DNA of 40,668 bases, from assembly GCA_030754595.1 (NCBI GenBank), contig JASLZZ010000006.1:1-40668 (forward strand), written 5' to 3'. How positions within the stretch are numbered: position 1 is the first letter of the stretch; each line of letters begins with the position of its first letter. The DNA comes from Nitrospinota bacterium. Its GTDB lineage: Bacteria; UBA8248. The notes under the pieces were generated by a model. The model searched no databases, was not told where the DNA came from, and saw only the letters and a program-made list of their open reading frames with translations. The position numbers were made by a program, and so were the translations under genes. This document shows positions 18,375-28,065 of this stretch, one piece after another.

Positions 18375-19370
18375 ATGCTGCTCGTCCAGTTCTTGACCGA
18401 AAACTTCGAGACCCGTGTGGGAATCCTGAACCATGCCGAAGGGACGATCGTCATTCTGCATGGCACGGAGAGCACCCACCAGCTCGCCCTGGACGCCATC
18501 GCCGAAGGAAGATCCCTCTCCGGCCTTGCCGGGGAGCGTATCTCGAACGAGAATACAGGCTACGGAGCCGTCTCCTCTCAAGGAAGGCTCCTGCCCCCGC
18601 TCACCCATCCGGACCCGGCTCACTGCCTCGTCACCGGAACGGGCCTGACGCACCTGGGCAGCGCCGACGCGCGCGATCAAATGCATTTAAAAACGTCGGA
18701 CGAAGAGGAAAACCTCACCGACTCGACAAAGATGTTCCGGATGGGCGTCGAGGGCGGAAAGCCGAAAGGAGAGGCTACGGGGGTTCAACCCGAGTGGTTC
18801 TACAAGGGCGACGGCACCTGCCTCTCGCCTCCGGGCAGACCGCTGCCGATGCCCGCCTTCGCCCTGCACATGGGCGAGGAGACCGAGATCGTCGGGCTCT
18901 ACGTCATCGCCCCCGACGGCACGCCTCATCGGGTTGGCCACTGCCTGGGCAACGAGTCCTCCGACCACGTCTTGGAAAAGCAAAATTATCTCTACCTCGC
19001 CCACTCGAAGCTTCGCGCCTGCGCGGCGGGCCCGGCCGTCCTAGTGGGCGATCTTCCCGCCGACGTACGCGGGCGGACGAAGGTCGTTCGGGACGGAAAA
19101 GTCATCTGGGAAAAAGAGTTTCTGAGCGGCGAGGAAAACATGTCCCATTGGCTCGGAAATCTCGAACACCATCACTTCAAATACGAAATGTTCCGCCGGC
19201 CCGGCGACGTGCACGTACACTTTTTCGGCGCGGCGACACTGTGCTTCAGCGACGGCCTCCTCGCGGAGCCGGGCGACGTCTTCGAGATCGATTGCCCCAT
19301 CTTCGGCCCCCCGCTCATCAACCGGGTCGAGCGAGCGCCCGTGAAGGACATCTCAATCCGAGGACTGTAA
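18375..19370 (+). CDS. araD1: AraD1/GguC family protein (fumarylacetoacetate hydrolase superfamily)
   Basis: HPDPAHCLVTGTGLTHLGSA, QPEWFYKGDG, NYLYLAHSKLR, SGEENMSH, EHHHFKY, PGDVHVHFFG. Confidence 0.85.
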   Translation: MLLVQFLTENFETRVGILNHAEGTIVILHGTESTHQLALDAIAEGRSLSGLAGERISNENTGYGAVSSQGRLLPPLTHPDPAHCLVTGTGLTHLGSADARDQMHLKTSDEEENLTDSTKMFRMGVEGGKPKGEATGVQPEWFYKGDGTCLSPPGRPLPMPAFALHMGEETEIVGLYVIAPDGTPHRVGHCLGNESSDHVLEKQNYLYLAHSKLRACAAGPAVLVGDLPADVRGRTKVVRDGKVIWEKEFLSGEENMSHWLGNLEHHHFKYEMFRRPGDVHVHFFGAATLCFSDGLLAEPGDVFEIDCPIFGPPLINRVERAPVKDISIRGL

Positions 19371-19453
19371 AAAATCATCAAGAAGGGTATTTTATTTGGA
19401 AAAGTCACGCCCAACGAGGAGAAGGATCAGCCAAAGGGTTTCCGTTTTCCGTA

Positions 19454-20695
19454 TTATTTTACAAGGGAAAGAAATACCTCAGCCACTATTTTCGAAAAAG
19501 CCTCATCGTTGATGTGGAGATCCGGCTCCATCAGACGCACCCTCTCTTGATTTAGAGTGGACTTTACTCCCTCAAGAAAAGCCATGTCGGATTCCGGGTC
19601 ATGGAATGTCCCCGCCGGATTTCCCGCGAAGTCCATCGCCCGGGGTCCGCCCGCTTCGTCGTACCGGGAAAATCCCCGAAGGGGAACCAAAAGGGCCGCC
19701 GGCCCCCTCGCGCGGTTCAATTTTTCCGCCATTTTAGCGCCAAGCTCCCGCATCTCGGTCGCGGTCGCCCGCATAAGAGTGGTCGTGGCTGTGTGCCGGA
19801 TGAAAATGCGATCTATGAACTTTTCGGGGATCGTTTCCGGAGGACCGAAGTTCACGCATTCGCACGCGCCTGGCGCCACGAGGAGTGGAATCCCCCGTGA
19901 GCATGCCGCTTCGAGCCGGCCCGGCCCCGCTCCCCGGATCCCGCCGACGATCTCGTCGATCATGGTGGTTGTCGTGATATCCAGTACGCCATCGATGTGC
20001 TCTTCGGCCGTTAGTTCTTCGAGCGCTCGCGCACCGTTTCCGCCGGCGCTGAAAATGACGACCTCAAAACCCTCGTTCTCGAGAATCTCCTTCAGGCTGA
20101 AAACACAGGGCTGTGTGATTCCATACATCGAAGCGGCAACCAGAGGCTTGTCGGCGCCCTTCTCCACCGGCAGCGCCCTCGCCATTCCGCAAATCGCACC
20201 CGCGGCGGCGGCAAATATGGGCCGGGTGATCCGGTTCAGGGTGATATCCAGGACCGAATGGACCATCGTCAGGTCGCGGGTGCCCACATAATGAGTCACG
20301 TCCCCGGAAGCGATGGTCGAAACCATGACCTTGGGAAATCCCAGAGGGAGGCCTCGAAAGACGGCGCACGCCATGGCGGCGCCGCTCCCTCCCCCCAGGG
20401 CGATGGCGCCGTTCAACTCCCCACCATCGAGCCAACCCTGGAGCAATTTCAGCGCGCCCTCGACAATAACCTCCGACGCCTCGGCCTTCGGAAGGGCCGA
20501 GAGCTCCTCGAAGCTCCGCCCCGCCAGCCCGGCCAGCCGGGAAGGGGGATGATCCGGAGAATATTTCTTTTCTTCCCGCAGGGTGGACATGTCCACCGCC
20601 CGGACCTTCGCTCCGAACTGGATGAGTTTTTCCCGAACGAAATGGAGCTCGGCTCCCTTAGTGTCATGCGTTCCCAGGAGGGCGATCGTCACCAT
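19454..20695 (-). CDS. Tm-1-like ATP-binding domain protein (UPF0261)
   Basis: LLGTHDTKGAE, GGSGA, LPLGFPKVMVST, SMYGITQPCV, DITTT, VNFGP, HINDEAF. Confidence 0.88.
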   Translation of the reverse strand: MVTIALLGTHDTKGAELHFVREKLIQFGAKVRAVDMSTLREEKKYSPDHPPSRLAGLAGRSFEELSALPKAEASEVIVEGALKLLQGWLDGGELNGAIALGGGSGAAMACAVFRGLPLGFPKVMVSTIASGDVTHYVGTRDLTMVHSVLDITLNRITRPIFAAAAGAICGMARALPVEKGADKPLVAASMYGITQPCVFSLKEILENEGFEVVIFSAGGNGARALEELTAEEHIDGVLDITTTTMIDEIVGGIRGAGPGRLEAACSRGIPLLVAPGACECVNFGPPETIPEKFIDRIFIRHTATTTLMRATATEMRELGAKMAEKLNRARGPAALLVPLRGFSRYDEAGGPRAMDFAGNPAGTFHDPESDMAFLEGVKSTLNQERVRLMEPDLHINDEAFSKIVAEVFLSLVK

Positions 20696-20707
20696 GCCGA
20701 ATCCTTC

Positions 20708-21541
20708 TCAAGCCTTGATGGACTTGAAATCGCTGACGGCCTTGCGAATGGATCCTTCCACAGGCAGTCTTTCGGCGCTCGAGCCTCCCAGAAAACCTTC
20801 CAACATGGGAATCCGTTTCTTCAATTCTTTGACATCCTCGGGGAAAGCAAAAGGGCCGCCATGAACGGCGACGAAGACTTCTTCTTTTATTTTTTTAACC
20901 GCCTCAAAGATGACAATGCATTTCTTCGCCGATTCCTCGATCTGTCTTTCCCTTTCTTCCGGCTCATCCACGGGGACGGTCCCCCCCAAGTGCGCGATCA
21001 CCATGTGGGCGCCCGCTTCGACCATCCGTTCGGCTTCCTCCGGGTTGGTGGCGAAGGGTTGGGTGAAAAACCCCATATCCGCGGCCAGCCGCGTAAGCTC
21101 CACCTCTTTTTCGTAACCCATGCCCATGTCTTCCAGGCTTTGGCGGTACCATCCGTCGAGCAGTGCGATGGTGGGACAATTCATCACCCCCGAGAACCCA
21201 AGACGGGCATACTCGTCCAGAAGAACTTGAGTGTTGAGAGTGGGGTTCGGCGCGAAGACGCCGGCGACGACGGGCGTATCCCGCACGATGGGAAGAATCT
21301 CGTTTTTTCCCAAATCCTCCGTGATGGCGTTGGCGTCACAGATGGGCAGAAAGCTCACCCGGCTGAAACCCATCATCCTGTATTTCGCGATGCTGTAGGT
21401 GGCGATGATGTCGGCGCCGCCCCTTTCGGAAAATTTCGCGGAGATCCCCGAACCCACTGCCGCAACGAAAATCAGACCATCCTCCTTCAGAACATCTCTC
21501 AACCGGGAGACCACCTGTTCCGCCCCGTATTTCACAGCCAT
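20708..21541 (-). CDS. TIM-barrel signal transduction / PEP hydrolase-like protein
   Basis: GSGISAKFSERGGAD, GFSGVMNCPT..LDG..RQSLE..GMGYEKEVE, AHLG, HGGP, GFLGGSSAERLPVE. Confidence 0.88.
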   Translation of the reverse strand: MAVKYGAEQVVSRLRDVLKEDGLIFVAAVGSGISAKFSERGGADIIATYSIAKYRMMGFSRVSFLPICDANAITEDLGKNEILPIVRDTPVVAGVFAPNPTLNTQVLLDEYARLGFSGVMNCPTIALLDGWYRQSLEDMGMGYEKEVELTRLAADMGFFTQPFATNPEEAERMVEAGAHMVIAHLGGTVPVDEPEERERQIEESAKKCIVIFEAVKKIKEEVFVAVHGGPFAFPEDVKELKKRIPMLEGFLGGSSAERLPVEGSIRKAVSDFKSIKA

Positions 21542-21578
21542 GACCAATCCTCCGATACTTAACTCACAATAAAGGCCT

Positions 21579-21636
21579 ATGCACAGCGAACCAGGAATTC
21601 ACCATGCATGGAACCACAAGGAATTATCAGGTAAAT
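21579..21636. repeat. Motif P palindrome followed by motif C
   Basis: ATGCACAGCGAAC-CAGGA-ATTCACCATGCAT then GGAATTATCAGGTAAAT (21620-21636). Confidence 0.6.
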
Positions 21637-21650
21637 TTTCATCTCACCGA

Positions 21651-22958
21651 CTACTTGGAATGCTCCTTTAAACCAAAAAAAGAGATAACAATCATCGCAA
21701 AAAGAACGAGAACGATAAACGAGAAGGGAGCCGTATAACTTCCCACCACGTCGAAGGTATAACCCGCCAGCGGGGGACCCAAGGCGCCACCCGCTCCGTA
21801 TGAAATTCCCAGGATACCCATGATAACCGCCAATGAGGGGCCTTTGAAAGTATCAACCACCAACGCCGAAAAGCAGGCGCTCATCCCCCCTCCTCCAAAA
21901 CCGAAGATTATTGCGAACAAGTAGCCTGGATACGGAGCGGCTCCGAGCCCGGGGATCAGGAGCAGGAGAATGACCCCCGCCGCCGATAGCGAGGAGGAAA
22001 GAGCCAAACCAATCCGGCGCCCCAGGTGGTCGCTCACCCACCCATTGACGACGCTCCCTCCGATGCGGAAAAACCCCGACATGCCTAAAACGATGGCGGC
22101 ACTCGCCATACTGTAATGGGCGTCGACGAAGTAGAGCTGGAGCTGGCTCATAATGGTATTGTTGCTGAATCCAATAAAAAAAGAGATGAGGCCAAGTATC
22201 CAAAACCGCGGATCCTTTCTCATGGACATAAAAACCCAGCCGGCGCTCATTGCTTTTTTTTCGATCCGAGAAGATTCGGGAGGCTCTTCGGATTCCCCGG
22301 AAGGGAGACCGTCCAGGGAAAGACCCATGTCCTCGGCTCGATTTCGAAGCAAAAGGAAATTCGCCGGAGCAAGAACCAAAAGAAGCGCCAATCCGAAAAT
22401 CAAATAAGCCGCCCGCCAACCGTAGGATTCGATCGTCCATACAAGGACAGGCACAAGGAGAAGCGAGCCGACTCCGGCTCCGGAGAGACTTATTCCCGCT
22501 GCAAGCCCCCGTTTCTTGGAAAACCAACGCGGTATGAGCGCGCCGTGCATTGAAAACCCGCTCAAGGCATGACCAACCGCCAGGAATACACCGGTGAGAA
22601 TGTAGACGTGCAGAAGAGAGTTAATAAAGAAGCCCCCGGCCAGGGTAATACCGATGAGAACCGACCCCCAGGGTATGACGGCTCGGGGTCCATATCTTTC
22701 AAACCGAGAACCGGCAAACGGACCGGTAAGTGCGTAAACGACCATCATAAAGGCAAAGGCTCCGCCGAGCGCGCCCCGGCTCCAGCCAAACTCCTCGATA
22801 AGAGGAACCTGAAAAACGGAGAAAGAAGTGCGGGCCGTGGAATGAAACCCCTGCGTGGCGAAAGAGAGACCGATGACAACCCAGCCGTAGAAAAACCAGG
22901 GGCTGTTAGGCGGTGTTTCGCCGGACACCGATCCTCGGTTGGACTCTGAACCCTTCAA
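21651..22958 (-). CDS. MFS transporter (monocarboxylate/OFA-like)
   Basis: FFYGW, EEFGWSR, RYGPR, RWFSKKRGLAAGI, GWVSDHLGRR; about 12 hydrophobic segments; start uncertain. Confidence 0.88.
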   Translation of the reverse strand: MKGSESNRGSVSGETPPNSPWFFYGWVVIGLSFATQGFHSTARTSFSVFQVPLIEEFGWSRGALGGAFAFMMVVYALTGPFAGSRFERYGPRAVIPWGSVLIGITLAGGFFINSLLHVYILTGVFLAVGHALSGFSMHGALIPRWFSKKRGLAAGISLSGAGVGSLLLVPVLVWTIESYGWRAAYLIFGLALLLVLAPANFLLLRNRAEDMGLSLDGLPSGESEEPPESSRIEKKAMSAGWVFMSMRKDPRFWILGLISFFIGFSNNTIMSQLQLYFVDAHYSMASAAIVLGMSGFFRIGGSVVNGWVSDHLGRRIGLALSSSLSAAGVILLLLIPGLGAAPYPGYLFAIIFGFGGGGMSACFSALVVDTFKGPSLAVIMGILGISYGAGGALGPPLAGYTFDVVGSYTAPFSFIVLVLFAMIVISFFGLKEHSK

Positions 22959-23162
22959 CAGGCGCTCTCTATCTAAGTGAATAAAGCATCAAGAATTCGA
23001 ATGTTTAATGAACGATATGGCCTTCGGGCAATGAAGGGCAAATTGGCCGGACTCGAAGAGGGGGGAGCGCCTACGCACGATTCCGATGAACGCATGACCT
23101 CGGGCGGCCCGCCTTGCCGGACGCCGACCTGTCCAAAAGCCCAACCGGATTCCAGGTTTCCC

Positions 23163-23423
23163 TGACCTCCCCTCAATATTAGCACCACTAGCTACGAGGG
23201 TTCTGGAACCAAGGACGAAGGGCGAAGCGGAGCGAAGCCCGGAGGCCATGGTTCTATCGTTTCAGGTGCTGGGGGCCGATAGCTCAGTGAACTGTGCGGC
23301 CTGATTCTGTTGTAGATATGCCGCCAGCGCTCAACCAGCACCTTTGCTTCATCTAGCCTATCGAATCTTTCGAGATTCAAGAGCTCATCCCGCAATCCTG
23401 CTCTGAGACCTCGTTTCTCTTGC
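23163..23423 (-). mobile_element. Internally deleted IS3-family (IS407-like) derivative, right part
   Basis: OrfB tail LRDELLNLERFD..AKVLVERWR..YNRIRPHSSLSYRPPAPE; right end reads TGACCTCCCCTCAATATTAGCACCA on + from 23163; 55/60 nt identical to 40609-40668. Confidence 0.85.
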
Positions 23424-23551
23424 CAGGGTCCGGGCGCACAACTTGCCGGCTCAGGAACTCGGGGACCCAATGATGGATGCGGCAACAGGTTTCGATTTAA
23501 GGAAAATGAACGGCGAAGGCTTGCCGTGAAGGGAAAGGCGCACGACCGCTC

Positions 23552-24430
23552 CTAAACCCCGCCCCACCTCAAATTCACGAGGATCGCCCCCCCGACGGAG
23601 AGGACCGCGCCCACGGGAACCCGCCAGGTGATGTCTTCCGTCTTCCGGATCCAAATGATGGAGAAGACGACCGTGATGAGCGGCGAGGTCTGGATGAGGG
23701 GGAGCATGCGGTAGACCTCGCCGAGTTGAAGCGCCTTGGCGTAGAAGAAGTAGCCGCACGCGGCCACCAGGCCGCAGAGCAGGAAAGGCTTCCAGGCCCT
23801 CCGGACGCCCTCCGATATCTCCCCCCACGCGGCGAAGGCAGTGTACGCCGCCACGACCACGAGCGCCGTGAGCACACCGACGGTCGAGGCCGCGATGGGG
23901 TCGGGGAAGGCCGGGAGGCCCGCCCGCCAGAAGACGGCGGCGAAGGACGAGGCGACCGCGGCGGCGATGGGCCAGAGGATGTCTCTCCGCTGGAAGCGTT
24001 CCCCCGTGCCGCCCGAGGTGATCACGGCGATTCCGCAGACGACGAATAAGACCCCGACCAGGTGAACCCAGGAGGGGCGCTCGGACAGGATGAGGATGGC
24101 CAGCAGCGCGCCCAGGAGGGGTGAGGTGCCCTTGATTGGCGCGGCGCGGGAGACGCCGATCTTGGAGATCCCGATCAGGAAGAAGATGAAGAACATCCCG
24201 GGGTTGCAGGCGCCCCCCGCGACCACCCAAAGGTAGTGCGTCCCCGGCGCGGGGAAGGGCGTCCGCTGTATCAGGATGACCAACGAGAGGAAAAATAACG
24301 AACTCGCCAAGGCGATCGTCGAGCCCACGAAAGCGTTGGTGCGCTGCAGGCCGGCTCGGGCGGCCATGTCCGCGCAGGCGTAGGAGAAGGCGGCGGCCAA
24401 GGCGGCGAAGAGCGCGGCATCGATTTGCAA
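23552..24430 (-). CDS. EamA/DMT family transporter
   Basis: Two five-helix repeats, IGVSRAAPI..SPL, LILSER; TTG start with AAGGA upstream. Confidence 0.85.
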   Translation of the reverse strand: MQIDAALFAALAAAFSYACADMAARAGLQRTNAFVGSTIALASSLFFLSLVILIQRTPFPAPGTHYLWVVAGGACNPGMFFIFFLIGISKIGVSRAAPIKGTSPLLGALLAILILSERPSWVHLVGVLFVVCGIAVITSGGTGERFQRRDILWPIAAAVASSFAAVFWRAGLPAFPDPIAASTVGVLTALVVVAAYTAFAAWGEISEGVRRAWKPFLLCGLVAACGYFFYAKALQLGEVYRMLPLIQTSPLITVVFSIIWIRKTEDITWRVPVGAVLSVGGAILVNLRWGGV

Positions 24431-24677
24431 TGGTGATCCTTTCCGGCATTTCTCAGATACACGTCAGATGGACCTAATATATCGGAAAAGGCTTTTGTGC
24501 AAGACCTTTGCCGGCATTTTCAATACCAGTGCTTGAATAGAGTCATTCCGGTCTCGAGCGACTTTTTATGTGTCTTCCCGCAAGCCTTACTTAAGAAAGA
24601 TGAATGACTCTTTGGCGGAGAGGGAGTCTACGGGGAACCCGTCTTTGTCAAATTCCCTGCTTAACAGGGAAGTATAT

Positions 24678-24746
24678 GGAATTGTCAGGAAAATCGGTCT
24701 TGATCGGCTCCCATCTTTTCGCAATCAAGAATTCGCCATGCACAGG
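24678..24746 (+). repeat. About 68 bp repeat (motif C ... motif P half)
   Basis: Colinear with 33806-33874; 34/40 identity over 24707-24746. Confidence 0.75.
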
Positions 24747-24846
24747 TTGATGATGTTTATCGAAACCTTGCGGCTTTTCCAAGAGTGCCGCAGTGCGGTG
24801 CTCCAACCGAAAATTACCCTGAAAGTCAATTACTTGCGCGGTGACC

Positions 24847-24887
24847 GGCCTTCTCCCCCCAAAACCGGTCCATGTCGAATCAGAGTA
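24847..24887 (+). mobile_element. Solo degenerate left end of the IS3-like element
   Basis: CCCC..AAAACCGGTCCATGT.GAAT..GAGTA shared with 40418-40458. Confidence 0.6.
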
Positions 24888-24967
24888 TCCGTGTGGATTC
24901 CTGGAGCAACCCTATTGTTTTTCGCCGGGTTCGGCGCCTCTGCTCAGACTCTTCCGCTCTCCGAATC

Positions 24968-26047
24968 CTAAGCGCCCCCTTCTTTGGCGAGCTTTTCAAC
25001 TGTCTCGACGAGGCAATCACCCACCGCCCGCGTTCCCAGCTTGCCACCCAAATCACCTGTGAGTTTATCTTCCTTAACGGCGAGCCGAACGGCCTCCCAT
25101 ATGAGTTCGGACGCTTTCCGGTGACCCAGGGTATCCAACAAAATACGACCGGTAAGAACCGCGGCGAAAGGGTTCGCCTTGTCCTGAAAACAGATGTCGG
25201 GGGCTGTGCCATGAACGGGCTCGAACATGCACACTCTTCCGGGATGAATACACCCCGAAGCCGCCATGCCCATACCGCCCACAAGACCCGCGCAGAGATC
25301 GCTCAGGATATCCCCGAAAATGTCGTTTGTGACGATGACCGAATAACTGTCGGGGTGCCGGAGCAATTCCGCACAGAGGGTGTCGATGAAAATGTGCTCG
25401 GCCTCCACGTCGGGATATTTTTCGGCCACCTCCCAGAACACCCGGTACCAAATACCCACTCCGCCGCCCTTGTCCGTCATGGACACCTTGGGATAGCCGC
25501 GGGAACGCGCGTACTCAAAGGAATAGCGGCAGACCCGTTCTATCCCTTTGTAGGTGTTGATGTCGTCATAGACGGTCACCTCGTCGGGCGTTCCTTCCTT
25601 GAAAACCTCCCCTCGGCTCGATATCTTGCCTTCGGTGTTCTCCCGTATCACCACAAGATCGACGGGAACATCCACGAGAAGCGGGGAAAACCGGCGATCC
25701 AGCAGGGGCGCTGGCCGGAAATTCACATAAAGGTCTAGACCGCGACGGAGTTCCCGCAGCAGTGGGCGGCAGTTCACCTCCTTCGGCACCCTGGGATCGA
25801 CACCGGCGCTACCGAAAAAGATCGCGTCATGCTTCGAAGCAAGGTCTCGCACCAGGCCCGGCACATCCTCGGGAAGGGGCGAGCCCTCTTCGAGATAACG
25901 CTGCGCTCCGTAGCCATAAACCGTCGGCTCCACCTCGACGCCGCAGGCGCGGGCAGCCGCCTGAATCACTTCTGTTGCAACAGGCAAAACGTCGTGCCCG
26001 ACACCGTCGGCGAGAATGACGGCCATTCGAATCAATTTATCCGGCAT
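24968..26047 (-). CDS. Isocitrate/isopropylmalate/tartrate dehydrogenase family protein
   Basis: DGVG, LDLYVNFRP, IRENTEG, FGDILSDL, MFEPVHGTAPDI, ANP, TGDLGG. Confidence 0.9.
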   Translation of the reverse strand: MPDKLIRMAVILADGVGHDVLPVATEVIQAAARACGVEVEPTVYGYGAQRYLEEGSPLPEDVPGLVRDLASKHDAIFFGSAGVDPRVPKEVNCRPLLRELRRGLDLYVNFRPAPLLDRRFSPLLVDVPVDLVVIRENTEGKISSRGEVFKEGTPDEVTVYDDINTYKGIERVCRYSFEYARSRGYPKVSMTDKGGGVGIWYRVFWEVAEKYPDVEAEHIFIDTLCAELLRHPDSYSVIVTNDIFGDILSDLCAGLVGGMGMAASGCIHPGRVCMFEPVHGTAPDICFQDKANPFAAVLTGRILLDTLGHRKASELIWEAVRLAVKEDKLTGDLGGKLGTRAVGDCLVETVEKLAKEGGA

Positions 26048-26306
26048 GCGCGACCCCCCTAGCCTACAACCTGTCTATTTCAGTCATGTAAGAAATTCGC
26101 CATAGTCAGACAGAATCTTGGCATCAAAAGGTCCATTATGAAAAGGGAGTTAGGAATCAGATGAATATTTGCACGGGATGGGATACCCGCGGCGATACCA
26201 GTTGAGTCGCGGTGGGAGCGCTTCTTTTCAGTCGCCACGGCATGAGGCCGGGCGGCGAGTGAAAGATTACCCATCTCTTATAAACCAGTCTCGCGAGGGG
26301 ACAGAC

Positions 26307-27116
26307 CTAGATGCGAAGGAGGTCCTTTCCGACGATGACTTCGCCATCGAAATGGCGCGAAACCTCCTCGCCCACCTCCTCGTCCACCGCTCCGACCGGA
26401 CAGATGTGGGATAAAACCACTGTGCCCGCCCCGGCTTTCGTGGCTGTCTGACCCACCGTTTCGGCCGTTGCGTGACGGGCAATCGTCAGTCTGGCCTGCT
26501 CGAGGTTTCTCGCATTTTTCACGAACAACTCCGGCACACATGGATGCATCAACAGCGCATCGGCCCCTTTTGCAAAGGTGAGCAGCTTCTCCGTGGGGGC
26601 GCCATCGCCGGCGATGACTATATTACGCTCCTCCGCCTCGAACCGGTACGAGAGAAGACCCTCGACGTTTCCGTGATAGGTCGCCTTTTCGGCGCTGACC
26701 CGCAACCCGTCTATCTCCAGCGAATCGCCCGGCGAGAGCACCTGCACCTCAACGCGGGTTCCCTCGTACACCCTCCCCTCCTGAACGCGCAGATCGATGT
26801 CGTATTGGAGCCAGTTGAGTGTCCTCTCGACAATTTCCTCGATCGGGGGAGGCCCGTAAACCTTGAAAGGCGTGATGGCGCCCCCTATCCAGCGCGAAAA
26901 AATAAAATCTCCGAATCCCGAGTAATGGTCCAGATGGAAGTGTGTAAAGAACACATGGTTCACGTCCTTGATCGGAAAGCCGGTGGCCGCGATCTGGCGC
27001 GAGACGTTCCTGCCCGCATCCACAAGGTAGAAATTACCGTTCGCGACAATGGCGTCCGCCTGGCCGCTTTTTTGATTGGCCGATGGGAATCCCGTACCCA
27101 ACAAAATGAGTTCCAT
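26307..27116 (-). CDS. MBL-fold metallo-hydrolase (RNase Z/arylsulfatase-like)
   Basis: LILLGTG, LVDAG, FTHFHLDH, AGD, LSH. Confidence 0.88.
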   Translation of the reverse strand: MELILLGTGFPSANQKSGQADAIVANGNFYLVDAGRNVSRQIAATGFPIKDVNHVFFTHFHLDHYSGFGDFIFSRWIGGAITPFKVYGPPPIEEIVERTLNWLQYDIDLRVQEGRVYEGTRVEVQVLSPGDSLEIDGLRVSAEKATYHGNVEGLLSYRFEAEERNIVIAGDGAPTEKLLTFAKGADALLMHPCVPELFVKNARNLEQARLTIARHATAETVGQTATKAGAGTVVLSHICPVGAVDEEVGEEVSRHFDGEVIVGKDLLRI

Positions 27117-27179
27117 ATGCCCCCTCCTTATGAACAAACCTTTTTCGACTCGACTGAGGAATCGCCGGCCCGCTCACCG

Positions 27180-27210
27180 ATGTGTTCCGCAAAATACTGA
27201 ATTTCCTGAA
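27180..27210 (+). repeat. Motif B copy
   Basis: TGTGTTCCGCAAAATACTGAATTTCCTGAA, 25/30 to 30401-30430. Confidence 0.65.
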
Positions 27211-27268
27211 ACCCCTTCTAGGCGAACGGGTAATTTTCCATCGATTGCGAACACTTACATGCCCGCGC

Positions 27269-27694
27269 TCAGTCCACGACCGCAATCGCGTTGACCTCCA
27301 CGAGACACCGGGGATCGGTGGCCAGGCGGACGACCTGCAGGGTGGTGCTGGCGGTGCGGTGGTCTCCGAAATATTCCTTCCGGATGGCGCCGGCCTCGGG
27401 GGCTCCCTCCATCGTCGTCGAAAAGAACTGAAAAAAAACGATGTCCTTGAAGGTTCCTCCCACGGTCGCGAGGCTTTTCTTTATATTCTCCAGGGCCATG
27501 CGCGTTTGGGTCGGCAGATCGTCCGGAAGGGTGTCGAACTCCTCGGATCGGTGGGGATGATGGTGATAGGGAGGAGCCGCCGTGACCCCCGCGAAATAGA
27601 CGGTCGTTCCTCCGCTCGCCTTCACCGCCATCGAATAAGGCGTCCAGACGTCGAGCCTGTCGGGCCAGTCCAAGCATTCGATTTTCCTTGTCAT
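27269..27694 (-). CDS. RidA/YjgF/UK114 family protein
   Basis: PYSMAV, VYFAG, QTRMALENI, LVEVNAIA. Confidence 0.85.
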   Translation of the reverse strand: MTRKIECLDWPDRLDVWTPYSMAVKASGGTTVYFAGVTAAPPYHHHPHRSEEFDTLPDDLPTQTRMALENIKKSLATVGGTFKDIVFFQFFSTTMEGAPEAGAIRKEYFGDHRTASTTLQVVRLATDPRCLVEVNAIAVVD

Positions 27695-27903
27695 TGCCGC
27701 ACTCCCTTCGGGAAGAAAGAGGAAACGATTCCGCCGGGCCGGATTCGTCTTCGAAAGAGGCTGGCCGCAAGCCGGATTCGCGTGATGGATGAACACCGCT
27801 CAATATACATCCTGGCGGGCGGGCGGGAACCGTTATTTCCGCCAAGCGGAAAATTTCGCGCGGTGGATGGCGAACCATGATGTCCTTCGCCCAGGTTATC
27901 GTT

Positions 27904-28003
27904 TAATCTGGAATTATGCGGCAACGCTCTCAAATTAGCAAAATCCGACCTTTTTATCCTTCCTCGATGGCGCTTTCCGTCGAGAACTCCATAAAATGTG
28001 CAT
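27904..28003 (-). promoter_or_regulatory. Motif A module, copy 3 (about 100 bp homology to 36486-36585)
   Basis: Minus strand TTGCTA(27941-36)-17 nt-CATAAT(27918-13). Confidence 0.65.
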
Positions 28004-28065
28004 GTGTAATAAATAATTTTGCCTGAATCCAGCCTTTCCTCGCCTTGCTTCAAAATACCAGCCTA

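Noticed and set aside
22973..23160. Possible group II intron domain V/VI fragment
   Set aside because: Only superficial similarity; no proper catalytic-triad hairpin.
24570..24971. 133-aa ORF in the EamA/dehydrogenase spacer
   Set aside because: It reads through repeat modules and an IS end and has no protein motifs; probably spurious.
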